From positions 26,618,070 to 26,682,069 of the forward strand of contig NC_057746.1 of NCBI RefSeq assembly GCF_004010195.1: a stretch of DNA of 64,000 nucleotides. The letters are read 5' to 3'. The stretch comes from Chiloscyllium plagiosum (Eukaryota). Below, piece after piece: positions 39,512 through 53,310 of the stretch. Below the pieces are notes generated by a model. The model ran no database searches. It was not told where the DNA came from and was given only the letters and a program-made list of their open reading frames with translations. The position numbers and the translations under genes were made by a program. Each line of letters begins with the position of its first letter. The stretch's first letter is position 1.

Positions 39512-40535
39512 CATAGAATCATACAGTCATAGAAATGTACAGCACAGAATAGACCCTTTGGTCCAACTTGTCCATGACGGCCAGATATCTTAAATTAACT
39601 TAGTCCCATTTGGCAGCGTTTGGCTCCTATCCCTCTAAACCCTTCATATTCATATATCCATCCATTGCCTTTTAAATATTGCAATTGTACCAGCCTCCAT
39701 CACTTCCTCTGGCAGCTCATTCCATACATGCATTACACTCTGCATCAGCCTGCCCATTAGGACACTTTTCAATCTTTCACTTCTCACCTTAAACTTACGC
39801 CCTTTATTTTCGGACTCCCCCACCCCAGAGAAAAGACCTTGTCTACTTACCCTCTCCATTCACTTCATCATTTTCTAAACTTCTATAAGGCCGCTCCTCA
39901 GCCTCCAACGCTCCAGGATAAATAGCCCAGCCTACTTAGCCTCTCCATATAGCTCAAACCCTCAATCTTGGCAACATTTTGTAAATATTTTCTGAACCCT
40001 TTCAAGTTTCACTACATCCTTCCTAAAGCAGGGAGACCAGTACTGTATACAATATTTCAAAAATGGCCTCACCAATGTGCTGTGCAGCCGCAACATGACT
40101 ACCCAACTTCCATATTCAATGCACTGACTAATAAGGGCAAGTATACCAAACATCTTCTTCACTGTCCTGTCGACCTGGAACTCCACTTTCTAGGAACTAT
40201 GAACGTGCACTCCAAGGTCTCTTTGTTCAGCAACACTCCTCGGGATCTTAGCATTAAGGGAATAAGTCTTGCTCAGATTTGCCTTTCCAAAATGCAACAC
40301 CTCGCATTTATCTAAATTAAACTCCATTTGCCACTCCTTAGCCGATTGGCCCATCTGATCAAGATCCCACTTTGAGGCAACTTTCTTCACTGTCCACTAC
40401 ACCTCCTATTTTGGTGTCATCTGTAAACTTACTAACCATACCTCCTATGTTCATATCCAAATCATTTATATTATAAGATGGAAAGCAGTGGACCCAGCAC
40501 CAATCCTTGTGACCCACTGCTGATCACAGGTCTGG
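39512..40535 (-). mobile_element. CR1 3' fragment
   Basis: ORFs 39650-39859, 39962-40186, 40190-40390 (WQMEFNLDKCEVLHFG); tail catagaatcatacagtcatag. Confidence 0.88.
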
Positions 40536-41964
40536 TTGCTTTAGTTAAGTATCCAGTCAATGTAAATCCCCACAATGTTGACAGTGGGTTGGTTCAGTGA
40601 ACGTCATGCCATTGACTGCCAAAACTAGATGACAAATTTCTCCTTGATGCTGGGACGAACGTTAAATGCTACTTTTCAGCCAAGCCTGAACGTTGCATTT
40701 ATTTCGATGTGTAAAAAGAACAGGAAAGGGATGTTACAGTATAGAATGATTGCCAAACCTACTATGGCCACGATACTCGCCTCATAAGCCAGTGATTGTG
40801 CATTTAAGTCCCCCCTTTGAGGAGGTGTAAGATTTCAGTGCTAGCTACAACTGCATGGGGTATAAATTTCGTCTCTCTGTCTGGATGTTGTCAGTCCCAT
40901 TCCCAGCGGCTCGAGCACAGCCACTTTAGGTGTTACTTTGTGTGTTACTTTCACTGGTAAAGTGTAACCAGAAATAGTTCCACTTATGAGATGATGAACA
41001 AAAATTCCTGCCTGCTTTTGCAGCCGCAGGTCATTTGAGCTGAGGTGCTTTATTGCAATAATCCGGAGTTCTATGTTCTATAATAGCAATACGATAATCA
41101 GTGACAAAATACTGCTGGAGAACGTAGCAGTTCTGATTCTTCTTCAGAAGAGTCAATGGGACCCAACATGTTAACTTTATTTCTCTCTCCACAGCTGCTA
41201 CCAAACGCTTTCAATTTAAATTCAGATCTCCAAAACCTGCTGCGTTCATTTTATTTCTTTGCAATGTCATCGCCAATATTTATCCTTCCAGCAGCTTCTC
41301 TGGACAATAAATTATCTGGTCATCATTACATTGCTGTTGGTGGATGGTCTTTGTGCACAAGTTGGCACAATCCACATTTTTAACGGACATTCTCTTCAAT
41401 AAGTGGCTGAAAAGTGAGATGGACCATCTTGACGTCCTGCAACAGTACCAGAAAATGCTTTCTTTTTAACTCCAAAACAGTTAGGGAATTCTAATTTGTA
41501 TATTTGAAAATGTATTAATGCATAATTTATCGATCATAGGTGGGAGAGGGATGTAGCAACGCTGAAATATTAAAAAAAACTTGAGAACTTTGACAACAGA
41601 AGCCATTTTTGTTTCAGAATATAATTTCGAGAGCGATTATATCAGTGATAAATTTTAACTCCTTATTTTACAAAAGCAGATCTTTTTTAAAAAAAAGAGG
41701 ATCTGGCCATACTGATGTTATAACGTATCATCACATGAATTATACTCTTTTTTTGTGTTTTCCTAAATTCCTTTCAGATCATTCATAAACAACTGCAGGT
41801 AATATACCAGGTAGCTGAAAGCGTTAAATGTAGAAATAGATGTCCTAAGTGGCTAACAGTGACATAACTCATCATTGTGATAGTTCTTTTTACTTTCCCT
41901 TCTTCACGTACAGCGGATGTAATCCCCAATGGATGGAGGCTGGTTGTTCGTCCGATGAATCATA

Positions 41965-42230
41965 TAGATTAGATAACCCACAGTGTGGGACCAGGCCCTT
42001 CGGCCCGAGAAGTCCACACCGACCATCCAAAGAATAACCCAGGCAGACCCATTTCCCTGTGAATGACGCATCTAGCACTAGGGCCACTTTATCACAGCTA
42101 ATTCACCTAGCCTACACATTTTTGGATTGTGGGAGGAAACCCACGTAGACATTCACCCAAAGCTGGGTTCGAATCTGGGGCCCTGGCGCTGGGAGGCAGC
42201 AGTGCTAACTACTGAGCCACCGTGCCACCA
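41965..42230 (-). mobile_element. HE1-type SINE
   Basis: Reverse of head: gcagcagtgctaactactgagccaccgtgcc; tail tagattaga. Confidence 0.8.
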
Positions 42231-42834
42231 CAGCCTTTGTTGAATAACTTAAAAATAGTTTTAGATAAAAATTGGGCACCAGTTAAATGAAACGCAATTG
42301 CTTACTGCTTCTAACGGATTTAAAGTTGTGAGGCCCGGTGCTTACAATGGACAGAAATGATAGCATTCTGCACAGGTCCATAATCCTGCAATTTTACACC
42401 AATGGAATCGCAGTACTTTTTGGAAAAAAATGTTCTTTTCAATGTATAGAGTGAAATAGTATTTGTGTGCATTGCTCCCTCTTTCAATGTATTGCACTCT
42501 TTGAAAGTCTTTACAGCGAGAAATTTTACCAACTTATCACCTCAATTTCTTAGTACAATGTTGACGAGACCAGTCATCCGCACTGACGACATAGAAATGC
42601 AAACACTCCTATCTGGTTTACCTACGAATATCTTAAAGGCTTTTAAAACCCTCTATTCAATCAGTAACAGAAAATTGGACTTTATTACTCCATTAAGGTT
42701 CATTTTAGCCTATGATACTCAAAACTATTTTAATATAAGCAGGCACAGGATAAACACATCTGCATGCCACCATATAAAAGTCAGCAAGCATAATTCTTTG
42801 ACGCCTTATTCACTGAGTAGCCTCCATGAATTCA

Positions 42835-43090
42835 ATTTAGACCCTTCACCCCAAGTCCATACCGACCCTCCAAAGAGTAATGCACCCAGACGCATTCCCC
42901 TAACTATTGCACCTAACACAATGGGCAATTTAGCATGATGAATTCACCTCAGCTGCCTAACTTTGGATTGTGGGAGGAAGAGGCGAGGGATGTGTAAACT
43001 CCACGCAGACATCCACCCGAGACGGAATTCAAACCCGGGACCCTAGTACCGTGAAGTAGTAGTACTAACCACTGATCCACCACGCTGTCC
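42835..43090 (-). mobile_element. HE1-type SINE, decayed
   Basis: caagtccataccgaccctccaaagagtaa...ctaaccactgatccaccacgctg. Confidence 0.7.
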
Positions 43091-43993
43091 TTACCATAGC
43101 TATGGCAAAAGATAAGATAACGGGCTTTTAGTTTCTTGCTTTGTGTGTCACCTCCTTTAAAATAAAGGAGTATTATTTCGTGATTTCTAATTTAATGGAT
43201 CATGTTCCGACACTGGAGAATTTTAGAAAGTCACAACTAATACATGAACAACGCTACTAAATAATGCTACCAAATGTTAAGATTGTTGGATGGAGTTCAT
43301 GAATATCCTGGAACTTCTCATTCTGCAACTCCAACAAGTTCCTCTGTACCTCTCTCACTGTGATTTTAACCTTGAGTTTATTCTCTCTTTGTTTTCGTGG
43401 TTCACAGTTATTTCTGGGCTATGGCTAATACTCTGAAGTGATGAGTGAAGTAGCATAACGGTATCTATCTTTGATTTGAAATAGGTGATCCTATAACGCT
43501 AGTAGAGAGAGTGTTCCAGAATTTTACCCCAGAGACACTAAAACAAAACTGCAATATTTTTCCAAGTTAGAATGCTGAGTGACTTGGAGGGGAACTTGCA
43601 GATGGTGGAGTTTCCATGCACATGCTGCTCTTATCTATCCATTGGCCGTGGGTCGCAGAACGTGTTATTTAGGGAGCCTTGCTGAATTTCTGACTTGCAT
43701 TTCTAAAAATGGTACATAATGCTGCTATTGTAGGTCAATGAAGTGAATGTAGATGTGATGCCAATCAAATAAACAATTTCAAATTGAATAGTGTTAACCT
43801 CCTTCAGTGTCATTAGAGTTATTCTCTTTCAGGCAAGTATGGAAAACATTTCTGAATTGTGCCTTGGAGTTAGAGGAATAGATTTGAAGTGACATGAGGC
43901 GAGCTTTTCACCGCAGAATGCCAGTTGCCTGACCTGCTTTAGCAGTCACAATATTTATATAGCGAATTCTGTTTAGTCTCTGAATAATAGTAA

Positions 43994-44124
43994 TTCCTGA
44001 TGAAGGGCTTTTGCCCGAAACGTCGATTGTACTGCTTCTCGGATGCTGCCTGAACTGCTGTGCTCTTCCAGCATCACTCTAATCTAGACTCTGCTTTCCA
44101 GCAGCTGCAGTCTTTGTTTTTACC
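43994..44124 (+). mobile_element. PLE family B terminal fragment with hammerhead motif
   Basis: ttcCTGATGAagggcttttgcccGAAAcGTCga; perfect 9-bp TSD taatagtaa (43985-43993 / 44125-44133). Confidence 0.75.
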
Positions 44125-47100
44125 TAATAGTAACACTTTGACTGCTGGTAACTGTTCAGTGATGATAACATCGTGTATCATGCATCATGTACCTTCTCTT
44201 AGTTAATTCACGAACAATTATGTCAATGGCTTTTTTTAAGACTCGGTGATTTCTACAGTTTGTGCCCTACAAACGGGTAACAATATTTCATATGAAGTTG
44301 AATATTATGAAATTGGCAAACTGTGATCTTCAAAATAAAGCTTACCCAAACCCAAAATGTTGTGTGCATATACTACAACAAGGTACATTTGACGTGCCTT
44401 CTGGCTGATGTTAACCATTCTTCCTCAGATTTTTATAACAGGTTGACATCTGTCTGACGTTGCCTTTCTCTTTGTCTCTGTGTTAATTTCTGTATGAAAT
44501 CTGGTTGAATTTAAATCTATGTTTGAATTTTCTGGTTCGCAATAAATCTATCTCAATGGTTTCATGAAAGTTTTCTGTAACAGCAATCTTTCAACAATAT
44601 GAAAAACGATATGAGGTTTGGGGATTTGTTTGAGAGAAAACAGGGTTAAGGGTATTTTATAAATGTGGTGACTTTGAATATAAAATATGTTGATTTTGGC
44701 AAAGAAAAATTAGCCTCTAATAATCTTAACTAGGATTAGGTATCACATTGTCACATTCAGAGATCACATGGTTAACACTGCTAGATCTGGAGACAGGGAG
44801 AAGTTTATAAGTAGTTGAGTTTTGAGAGCTGGTTAGGTAACTGGATGGGAAGTGACGGTGATGACGTTTGACAGCTTTGTCAGACAATTATTACTGCTTG
44901 CAAATATTTTACTTCTGGTTATTATCCTCTGTTAAAATATGTTATTGATTTTTACGTAAAATTAAACAGTTTCCTTCGTGATCTTTTAATCGTACATTCT
45001 TTCGATTTGAGCTTCAGAAATCAATTAAATTTGATCCATTCTGTGAACAGAATATATTTATTGACAGCTTTATTAATTGTTATGGGCAATCATTTCTTGG
45101 CACAATTACATCAACTTTCGGGTGATTATGACTTGAAATTATGATATTAAAAATATTCTGAGTTATGTATGTGTCTTGCGTACTTCTTCCAAAAGAAGTG
45201 TGTTATTTAATTTTTTTCTTCTCTCTGCCGAAAGCTGCTGTCTCATACCCAGAATATTTGCAGACATTTGGCTTAAGCCTTCCAATATGAATATGTGGAA
45301 GTCTTAACGAATTGCATTACTTCTATTTTGACAAGTGCGTTGTATTTACTTTGGCTTTTTCATGAAAATAAGCAATCAAATATCTGAACAATGACATTGC
45401 AACTGGCCGAAACATGCACATGTTCCACTTAAAAAAAATTATCCAATTCAGCTCCAATTCATTGAAATACATAATTTATCAAGATTCGGAGAGCACCAGC
45501 GAAATTATTCTAATATTAATAGCATGGCGAATAGAGATGAAAATCTAGTTTGCGTAACTACAATCTATGTAAATCATTGGTAGCAGGCACGAGTGTGAGA
45601 GTTAGATATCCTCATGCAACTGATCATCGTTTCGAAATATAAAGCAATGGGTACGCTTATATGTTAGCACACTTTCTTGTGTGGATCTATTTTTGTGTGT
45701 GTGGCTCTGTGCGTGTATGATCTCTGGATTATGAAGTGATGCTTATCTGGATTAGTAGAAGTATGTATGAACTCTTTAGAGAATGCTTCACTTTCGAAAG
45801 TTCTCTGACAGCTAAGACTAGAAATAGAAAGACAGCTGGTGTAACTTAACCATCTTATTCCCGAAATATGCCACGGTTCAAAGTGAATTATCATTTAATA
45901 TACATGCAGCAAATGCTCATTTAGTCATCGGACTGAGAGAATCTTCAGCATTCGGTTGTGATTTCATAATAGCATAAATTGTACAGAACGCTTGCTTAAC
46001 CTGCGATAGTAACATTTTATTATTTGCTACATAAGGCTTCATCAGAATGATTCCTAGGAAGTTAGGAATAAGCAAAGATAGGACCGTTTAGACTGCACTC
46101 ACTGGACTTGAATGAGACGAGGAATGCATTGCACTGCATAGAACTGAGAGAGACTGGGTGCTCAGGTAAAGATTTTCCTGTCTGGTCTTCGAAAAAAGGT
46201 GTTAAGGTTTCATAATATGGGACAGACCATTTGGATCTGTTACGAAATGGGTGTTGAACTGATAGAATTCTTTGGCACATAAAACTCTTGAGGATAAATT
46301 ACTGATCATACTCAAGGAAGAAATAGATACCTTTCTAGTCTTCAGTGGTGTCAAAGGCTATGAGGAGAGCGTGCAGGTACCGCACTGAAATAGAGAATCA
46401 CCTTATGTTTAAATTGAATGGTGGAGAAGGATTGATGGACCGAATAGTCTATTCTAGCTTCGTGTTTCAACAATTCAATATTAACAAATGGGAATGAATG
46501 AATGTTATTATGTATTCAGCTTCCTCGTAATACAAAGAAATCTCTGGCACCGGTCACGCCTTGATGTAGAAGCTGTGAAGTTTGAATAAAATGCAGTTCG
46601 TTGATTCTTCGAACAAAATTAAAGTGGTGTTATTTTCACCAGACCTCCTCTGGCTATTAATGGGGACCGTAGAGGGTGTAAACAGATAACTGGCAAAATA
46701 TTTTATAAATGCATGAAACCAACTTTCTCATTTTGCAGATTTGGCATTAATATGTGATGAGTCACAGAACAATTGCTGCCCCACAGAATAGGAAGGTCTA
46801 TTTTCATCATTTCCGGCTTTAGTTTAGCTAAAAATCAGATTGGAAACATAAGATGTTTCAAGTATTTCGAATATTTCAAGTCAATAAATTGTCCCGAACT
46901 ATAATGATGAAGATTGCCCTTAAATCACATTGAATAAGATTCTTGAAAAGAATTTTAAGAAGTTTTGAATTGGAAGAATAGTTTGGAAATCTTTATGTTA
47001 GATCCCATACTACATGGTACTTGATTTGCAGTGATTTCTCAATTCACACTTTCATTCAATTAGAACGAATACACTTTGCTGAGAATAGTGAAGGATGTCT

Positions 47101-47939
47101 GCTATAAGAAGGAAAATGTAGCAAACCAAAGCATTTGAAGGAAAGCTTGAACAACGAGGGAGGAGTTGGTGAGAGACAAGTTAACTCATGACCAGTATTG
47201 ATTTACACTGATAATCGAAACACAAATTCGATAGGTTTATTCAGTGAAGTTACATTTTGGGATCCAGTATTTGAATATTTAGGAAAATATTCTGATGTGA
47301 GTTAGTTTATTTGGAAAGTATAGTTTGAAACTAGGCCTATGGTTTAAATCTTTTCACAGTTGGGGTGCTCATTGTCTCATGTAGCGGTCTGATGTACATT
47401 AATGAACAGACATAGATAACAATGATTGGTCAAAAGTCCATCTTTACTGTGTCATGAGACAGGTAGAATTGCAGAAGTCGGATTACAAGGTCCTTTTGTC
47501 CAACAAATCCAAAATTCTTCCCATGCCCTGATAACTCACTGAAATGACCCTTGGTAATTTCGGTATGTTGTGTACCCTGTACACATCAGTTGAGGCTTTC
47601 TTGAATTCTCAAATGAAGCTGATATGAAGTTGGATGTTGAACCAAAGTGTCTGTGAAATAAAGTGCAATACTGTAGATGCTGGAAATCTGAAATAAAAAA
47701 CAGAAAATGCTGGTCTGACAGTACCTAGAGAGAGAGAAACAATGCTAATATTTAATGCTTACTGTTGAAAGTGAAAATTCTGAAGAAGGATCGTACCCGA
47801 CTCCAAACATTAAGTTTCTTTCCCTTTCCCCAGATGCTACCAAATGGGCTGAGTATCTCCAGCATTTTCTGCCTCTATTACCTCAGATTCTTCATTCTCT
47901 ATTACAGTTTCACCAATAATTTAATTGATATGTATTATT

Positions 47940-48145
47940 AAAGGAGAAAGTGAGGTCTGCAGATGCTGGAGATCAGAGCTGAAAATGTGTTGCTGGAAAA
48001 GCGCAGCAGGTCAGGCAGCATCCAGGGAACAGGAGAATCGACGTTTCGGGCATTCCTGAAGAAGGGCGTATGCCCGAAACGTCGATTCTCCTGTTCCCTG
48101 GATGCTGCCTGACCTGCTGCGCTTTTCCAGCAACACATTTTCAGC
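47940..48145. mobile_element. PLE family B inverted-repeat remnant
   Basis: 76-bp inverted arms 47978-48053 and 48070-48145; core CTGAAGAagggcgtatgcccGAAAcGTC at 48056-48083; approximate TSD atgtattattaaag / acgtattaataaag. Confidence 0.8.
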
Positions 48146-48753
48146 ACGTATTAATAAAGCCTATTATGTTTTCCTTACTAATACTCCAACGTGAATTCAA
48201 CACGGAGAACATAGTCATTCCACAAGCTGTAGATAGATATACAATATGCATCGCTATCTTGCTAAGAAAGAATCTTATCCTTTTTATCGGGTTCAGTGCT
48301 GCAGCTTTGTAGGAACATTGAACTGAGGTTCGGGAATAGGGCGTTCAGTCTTTTGAGCAGGCTCCACTATTCAGTAAAATCAAGACTGATCTCGCTGTAA
48401 TCTCAGCTCTACTGTGTCCCTTGCCCCAGATAGCCATTGACTGCTTTGCCCATCAAAAATCCATTTAGCGCAACTTTGTGTACAACCTCCACTACTTCCT
48501 GGGGAAGAGAATTCCAAAGACGAAGAACACTGAGAGTAAAAAGACGTTATCTTCATCTTTGTCTTATGTAGAAGACTCTTGTTTTTAATCTGTGTCCCCT
48601 GGTTCTAGAGTATATTGCAGGAATAACCGTTATTTTAATCATTACTAATTCTCTCCTTTTCCTTGTCCTGATGTCTATGTTGGTCAACTCAAAAGTAACA
48701 TTTATCTGTGGAGTGGTGTCTAATGTACAAATATATAACAGTAAATACATTAC

Positions 48754-49368
48754 GTCATGGACCAGACTAAACTTGCTCAAAATATATGAAGAAGGTACAC
48801 TAAGCCATAACGTTTCTTATTTGGATGTTGTGCATAAGGCATTGTGTTCTGGATGTAATTCAATTGATCAACCTGCCAGGTATGAAACAAAACACATTTT
48901 ATTCATACACTGCAATTAACACACAAAATAAAAACAAAAGAAAATAATTGGTTTCACAGTAACTCTATCAAAATGCTTAACAAAATACTAAACTATTCAT
49001 TAACTTTTTCTGATATAGCAACATCCCATAAGCACACTCCTTGCCAAAGACAAATTAAGCAAAATAGATTGTCTCACATGTAATTCGAGCAGCAGGAAGA
49101 GAACACCATCTTTTATCTGTAACAGAGAGAGGAATAACTTTCCAGTTTCAAGATCCAAGGAACTGCTACAGGTAGAAACAAAAACTCTTGGTTCTTTGTG
49201 AACTTGACCCCACCCACTCAGGCTACTTCTGTTGTTATGACTTAACATAAAAGGTCTCACAATCTGTTTACTTTATTGGTTTTGGTGTAGTGCTTGCCGC
49301 CTCTGTCTCAACTTTTCTTCATAGAAGCAAAAGACAAAATATACCTCTTAAAGCCACAGTATATCGCA
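48754..49368 (-). mobile_element. Possible solo LTR
   Basis: About 600-bp block with minus-strand AATAAA (ttttatt ~48897) and LTR-like composition. No TSD or clean TG...CA found. Confidence 0.25.
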
Positions 49369-49628
49369 GGTTCTACAGTAACGCATTATTGACATGCAAA
49401 ATACACTGCATCACCAACTGCTAATGTACCTTTACAAATTTTTTTTTTAAAAAGCCCATGCTGAAGGCAATAATACATTTCCTTTTCTGCACCAGTGCTG
49501 TCTGTGCATGTGGTTTTATCAATTAAAAACCAATAAGTAATTCATTGGTGAAGTCAACAGGCAAGGAGTTGACAGTTTTCAACTTAAACGCCATTGTAAC
49601 TAATTCTTCCTGCAGTTTATTTTTATCG

Positions 49629-49689
49629 ATGATGATTTTAATTTGGCAATTTATGACGATGCAGCTCATTTTCTTTCCACTAATTGTTG
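49629..49689 (+). CDS. Gene B signal-peptide exon MMILIWQFMTMQLIFFPLIV
   Basis: 20 codons + G then GTGAGT donor (phase 1, matches V exon); hydrophobic; F-P at the same distance from the donor as in the gene A leader. Acceptor-like ctaattcttcctgcAG at 49614-49615. Confidence 0.7.
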
Positions 49690-51004
49690 GTGAGTGAACT
49701 TATATTATTCGTTATTATGTACAACTCTTTATCTAGCAGTTGATGCCTTGTGATGTTCTATTGTATTTAGACAAGTAGTTAGTACGTAATGCCCTAGTTA
49801 ACTATAATCACTGTTATTTTATTTGAGTGCATAATTTATATATTTGGCATTTAATTGAATAATGAGAATACAATTAACATTTTGAAAATGTTTCAGTTTA
49901 AAACCAGCGAATATACCAGCTAAAACGTTTCATCAGAAGCTATCTTATTCGCATTTTTATGCACCATAAGCTTGCTTTATAAAATGTAAAAGAGTTTTGT
50001 CTTTAATTTACTTGCGTCTTGAAAAAAAGGTATAATCGTTTTGCTTTGAACCATTTTGTTCTGTGCTCAACGTACTGGTTTTCCATTCTTTTTGTTGACA
50101 TTTGGTTTGAAATGGCTTTGTTCATGTGCAATTAAATATAAATATAAAAGGATAAGATAGGCGAATAAATGTCTGGATTGATAGTGCAGGGGGTGGGATT
50201 TATATTCGAGGGCAGACTCTCAGTTTAACGGCGCCTGTGCTAGCCAAATTGAATCAGGACACATTGTGGAGGCAGGCCACACGGTCGATCGACTCTGCAC
50301 CGACATTCCCAAGTGCATCCCACTCAGATCAAATCCGCTACCCCCGTGCTTCCTATGACTAACCCACTTCGCTTCCATTCTGGGATGAAACAGGAACAAT
50401 CGACGAAGGTCCACGGAGACATCAGGAGAATTTGCAAACCCTACACAGACAGTTGCTCAAGGCTGGAATCGAACGCGGCTCCCTGTTGTTGTGAGGGAAC
50501 AGTGCTCACCATTGAACCACCACGTTGCTCCGAAAAAAAAACTATGTCCTCAACGGGTGTTTTTCCAATATTGTTGTAGTGACAGTTGGTGGTGTTCGCG
50601 GTGGAGTTTCATAAAAGAAGAAAGAAATTGAGTCTAAATCAATTTTAGTGTAGCACATGAATATATGGCACACAGTGAAGAAGTGTGAATTGTAATCTTG
50701 TGGATATAATATAAACATGGTCTGAAGAAGGGCACAGTTGGGTGTCAAATATTTCTAGTTAGAATGTGTTCAGAAAGTGAAGAAAGGAAATAAATAAAAG
50801 GAGAAGGGTTAGCATTGGTAAACATTGTGGTGTTGCAGAAAGTCAAGTTGCAGAGGGTACAAAGTCGATTTTACTAGAAAAAAGGAACAGAAATAGCATA
50901 GCTGCATGACTCATAATTTGTACAGCACAAACCTGGAAGGAGCAAGTAGAAGAACATACCTGTAAGAGCATTGCAGCAAAATGGAAGCATTATAGAGGGG
51001 AAAT

Positions 51005-51675
51005 GATTAGATTCCCTACAGCGTGGAAACAGGCCCTTCGAACCAAAAACATCAAAGGAACAGGAGAATCGACGTTTCGGGCATAAGCCCTTCTTCAGGA
51101 GCTCTCCTGCTCCTTTGATGCTGCCTGACCTGCTGCGCTTTTCCAGCAACACATTTTTAAGCTCTGATCTCCAGCATCTGCAGTCCTCACTTTCTCCTTC
51201 GAACCAACAAGTCCAAAGAGTAGGAAATGTGTTGCTGGAAAAGCGCAGCAGGTCAGGCAGCATCCAGGGAACAGGAGAATCGACGTTTCGGGCATAAGCC
51301 CTTCTTCGGGCTTATGCCCGAAACCTCGATTCTCCTGTTCCCTGGATGCTGCCTGACCTGCTGCGCTTTTCCAGCAACACATTTCCAGCTCTGATCTCCA
51401 GCATCTGCAGACCTCACTTTCTCCTCAAGTCTAAAGAGTAACCCACACAGACTAATTTCTCTCTGACTAATGCACCTAACGCTATGGGCAATTTAACAGG
51501 GCCAATTCACCTGGACTGCACACCTTTGGACTGTGGGAGGAAACCAGAACACACGGAGGAAACACACGCAGACACAGGGAGAATGTGCAAACTCCACACA
51601 GACAGTCGCCCGAGGCAAGAATCGAAACTTGCACCCTGGTGCTGTGAGGCAGCAGTGCCAGCCACCGTGCCACCC
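51005..51675 (-). mobile_element. HE1-type SINE carrying two PLE family B insertions (51047-51196 and 51223-51425)
   Basis: SINE tail attagattccctacag, head gccaccgtgcc; TSDs cttcgaaccaa (51036-51046 / 51197-51207) and caagtc[c/t]aaagagta (51208-51222 / 51426-51440). Confidence 0.85.
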
Positions 51676-53310
51676 TCAAGAAACTTGCTCGCCTGTTTGA
51701 AAATGTAACAAAAACTTGATAAAAGATAACACTGTTAATGTGATGTATATGGAATCCAAGAAAGGTTTTGATATCGTGTCATGCAACACACTTACGAGGA
51801 AATCATCAGGTGATGATGTGTTGGTGGCATCATTGTGCAAAATTGGTTTAAAGACAGGAATAAGAGAGTAATTGTCAATAGATACTTTTGGGGCAGGAGG
51901 GAGGTTTGTAGTGGCGTTCCCCAGGTCCTGTTATTGGATCCCTTGCTTTCCTTGATATATATTAATGATATATTTCTTGGTGTGTAGGATACTTTCAAAG
52001 TTTTCAGATAACACAAAACTTAGAAAATTGTAAACTGTGCGAAAGATGTTTCAGAAAGTTAAAAGGATAGCGACAAATTGATGGAGTGGGCAGATATGTG
52101 GATGATCAGTTTCAGTGCATGGAAAACTTACGTGACACATTTTGGTAGGATAACAATGAAATGCAATATAAAACAGAGGGCATAATTCTAAGATGGGGTG
52201 AAGGTGTGATGGCAGAAAGACCTGGGTGCATACGCGCATAAATCATTGAAGGGGCGGGATAGACAGAGAGAGAGAGAGAGAAAACAGTAAGCAAAGCATA
52301 ATGTATCCTCAACTGTTTTAGATTAGATTCCTAACAGTATGGAAACAGGCCCTTCAGCCTAACCAGTCCACACCCTCCGAAGAGTTAACCACCCAGATCT
52401 ATTTCCCTCTTACTAATGCACCTAACGCTATTGGCAATTTAACATGGCTAATTCACCTGGACTGCACACCTTTGGACTGCGGGAGGAAACCGGAGCACCC
52501 AGAGGAAACCCATGCAGACACGGGGAGAATGTGCAAACTCCACACAGACTGTCGCCCGAGGCCAGAATCGAACCTGGGACCGTGAGGCAGAAGTGCCAAC
52601 CACTGAGCCACCGTACCACCCTCAAGTAACTTGCTCGACTTTTTGAAAAGTTAACATAAAGGCTTGATAAAGGGTAACACCGTTAATGTGATGCATATGG
52701 AATCCAAGAAGGTTTTGATACCGTGTCATGCAACAGAGAGTGTAAGAGCAAGGAGGTGATGCTGAAATTGTACAAGACACTTGTCAGACTTCAGAAGGAG
52801 GATTGTATGCAGTTCTAGGCAGAATTATCAGAAGGATCTAAATGTTTCAGAAAATGTTTACAGGTATGTTTCCAGGAATGCAGACATTCACTTATGAGGA
52901 AAGAATTAAAAATATAGGACCGTTTCCTTGAAGAGAAGGAGACTAAGAGAGAACTGATAGAGGTTTCAAACTCACGAGCAGATTGGATAGAGCAGATAGT
53001 GAGAATGCGTTCCAGTTTATAAACGGACCAAGAGCAAAAGGACATAGATTTGGCATGGTCTGCAAAAGAAGTGAGGGTGTTGTAAACCACAACCTTTCCA
53101 CTCAGTGTATAGTTAGGGCAGATGGTGGAGGTAGGTACAATTGAGTCATTGAGCAGAGCATTGGATGATGAGTTGGATTAAAAAAAAATAAGCTGAAAAT
53201 GTATGGGGAGAAAACCCCAAGAGGTTGTATGTTGGCAATGATGCTCAACTAACATGTCTGTGCAGTCACAATTGACGAATGGCCTTCTTCTGCACTTTAC
53301 AATTGTGTTA
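51676..53310 (+). mobile_element. Old CR1 RT/3' fragment interrupted by an HE1 SINE copy (52318-52622, -)
   Basis: Decayed gtggcgttccccagg...ttggatccc, ttttcagataacacaaaact (FADDTK-like), tgtacaagacacttgtcagac, 3' UTR. Confidence 0.7.

Noticed and set aside
47978-48145. Long perfect hairpins as miRNA precursors, MITEs or CRISPR-like repeats
   Set aside because: Asymmetric arms, 9-15-bp TSDs and hammerhead/GIY-YIG remnants fit inverted Penelope termini; no repeat-spacer array, and the context is eukaryotic.
49558-49571. 14-nt identity (caggcaaggagttg) with the start of the gene A TM exon
   Set aside because: No extension on either side and non-homologous position; treated as chance.
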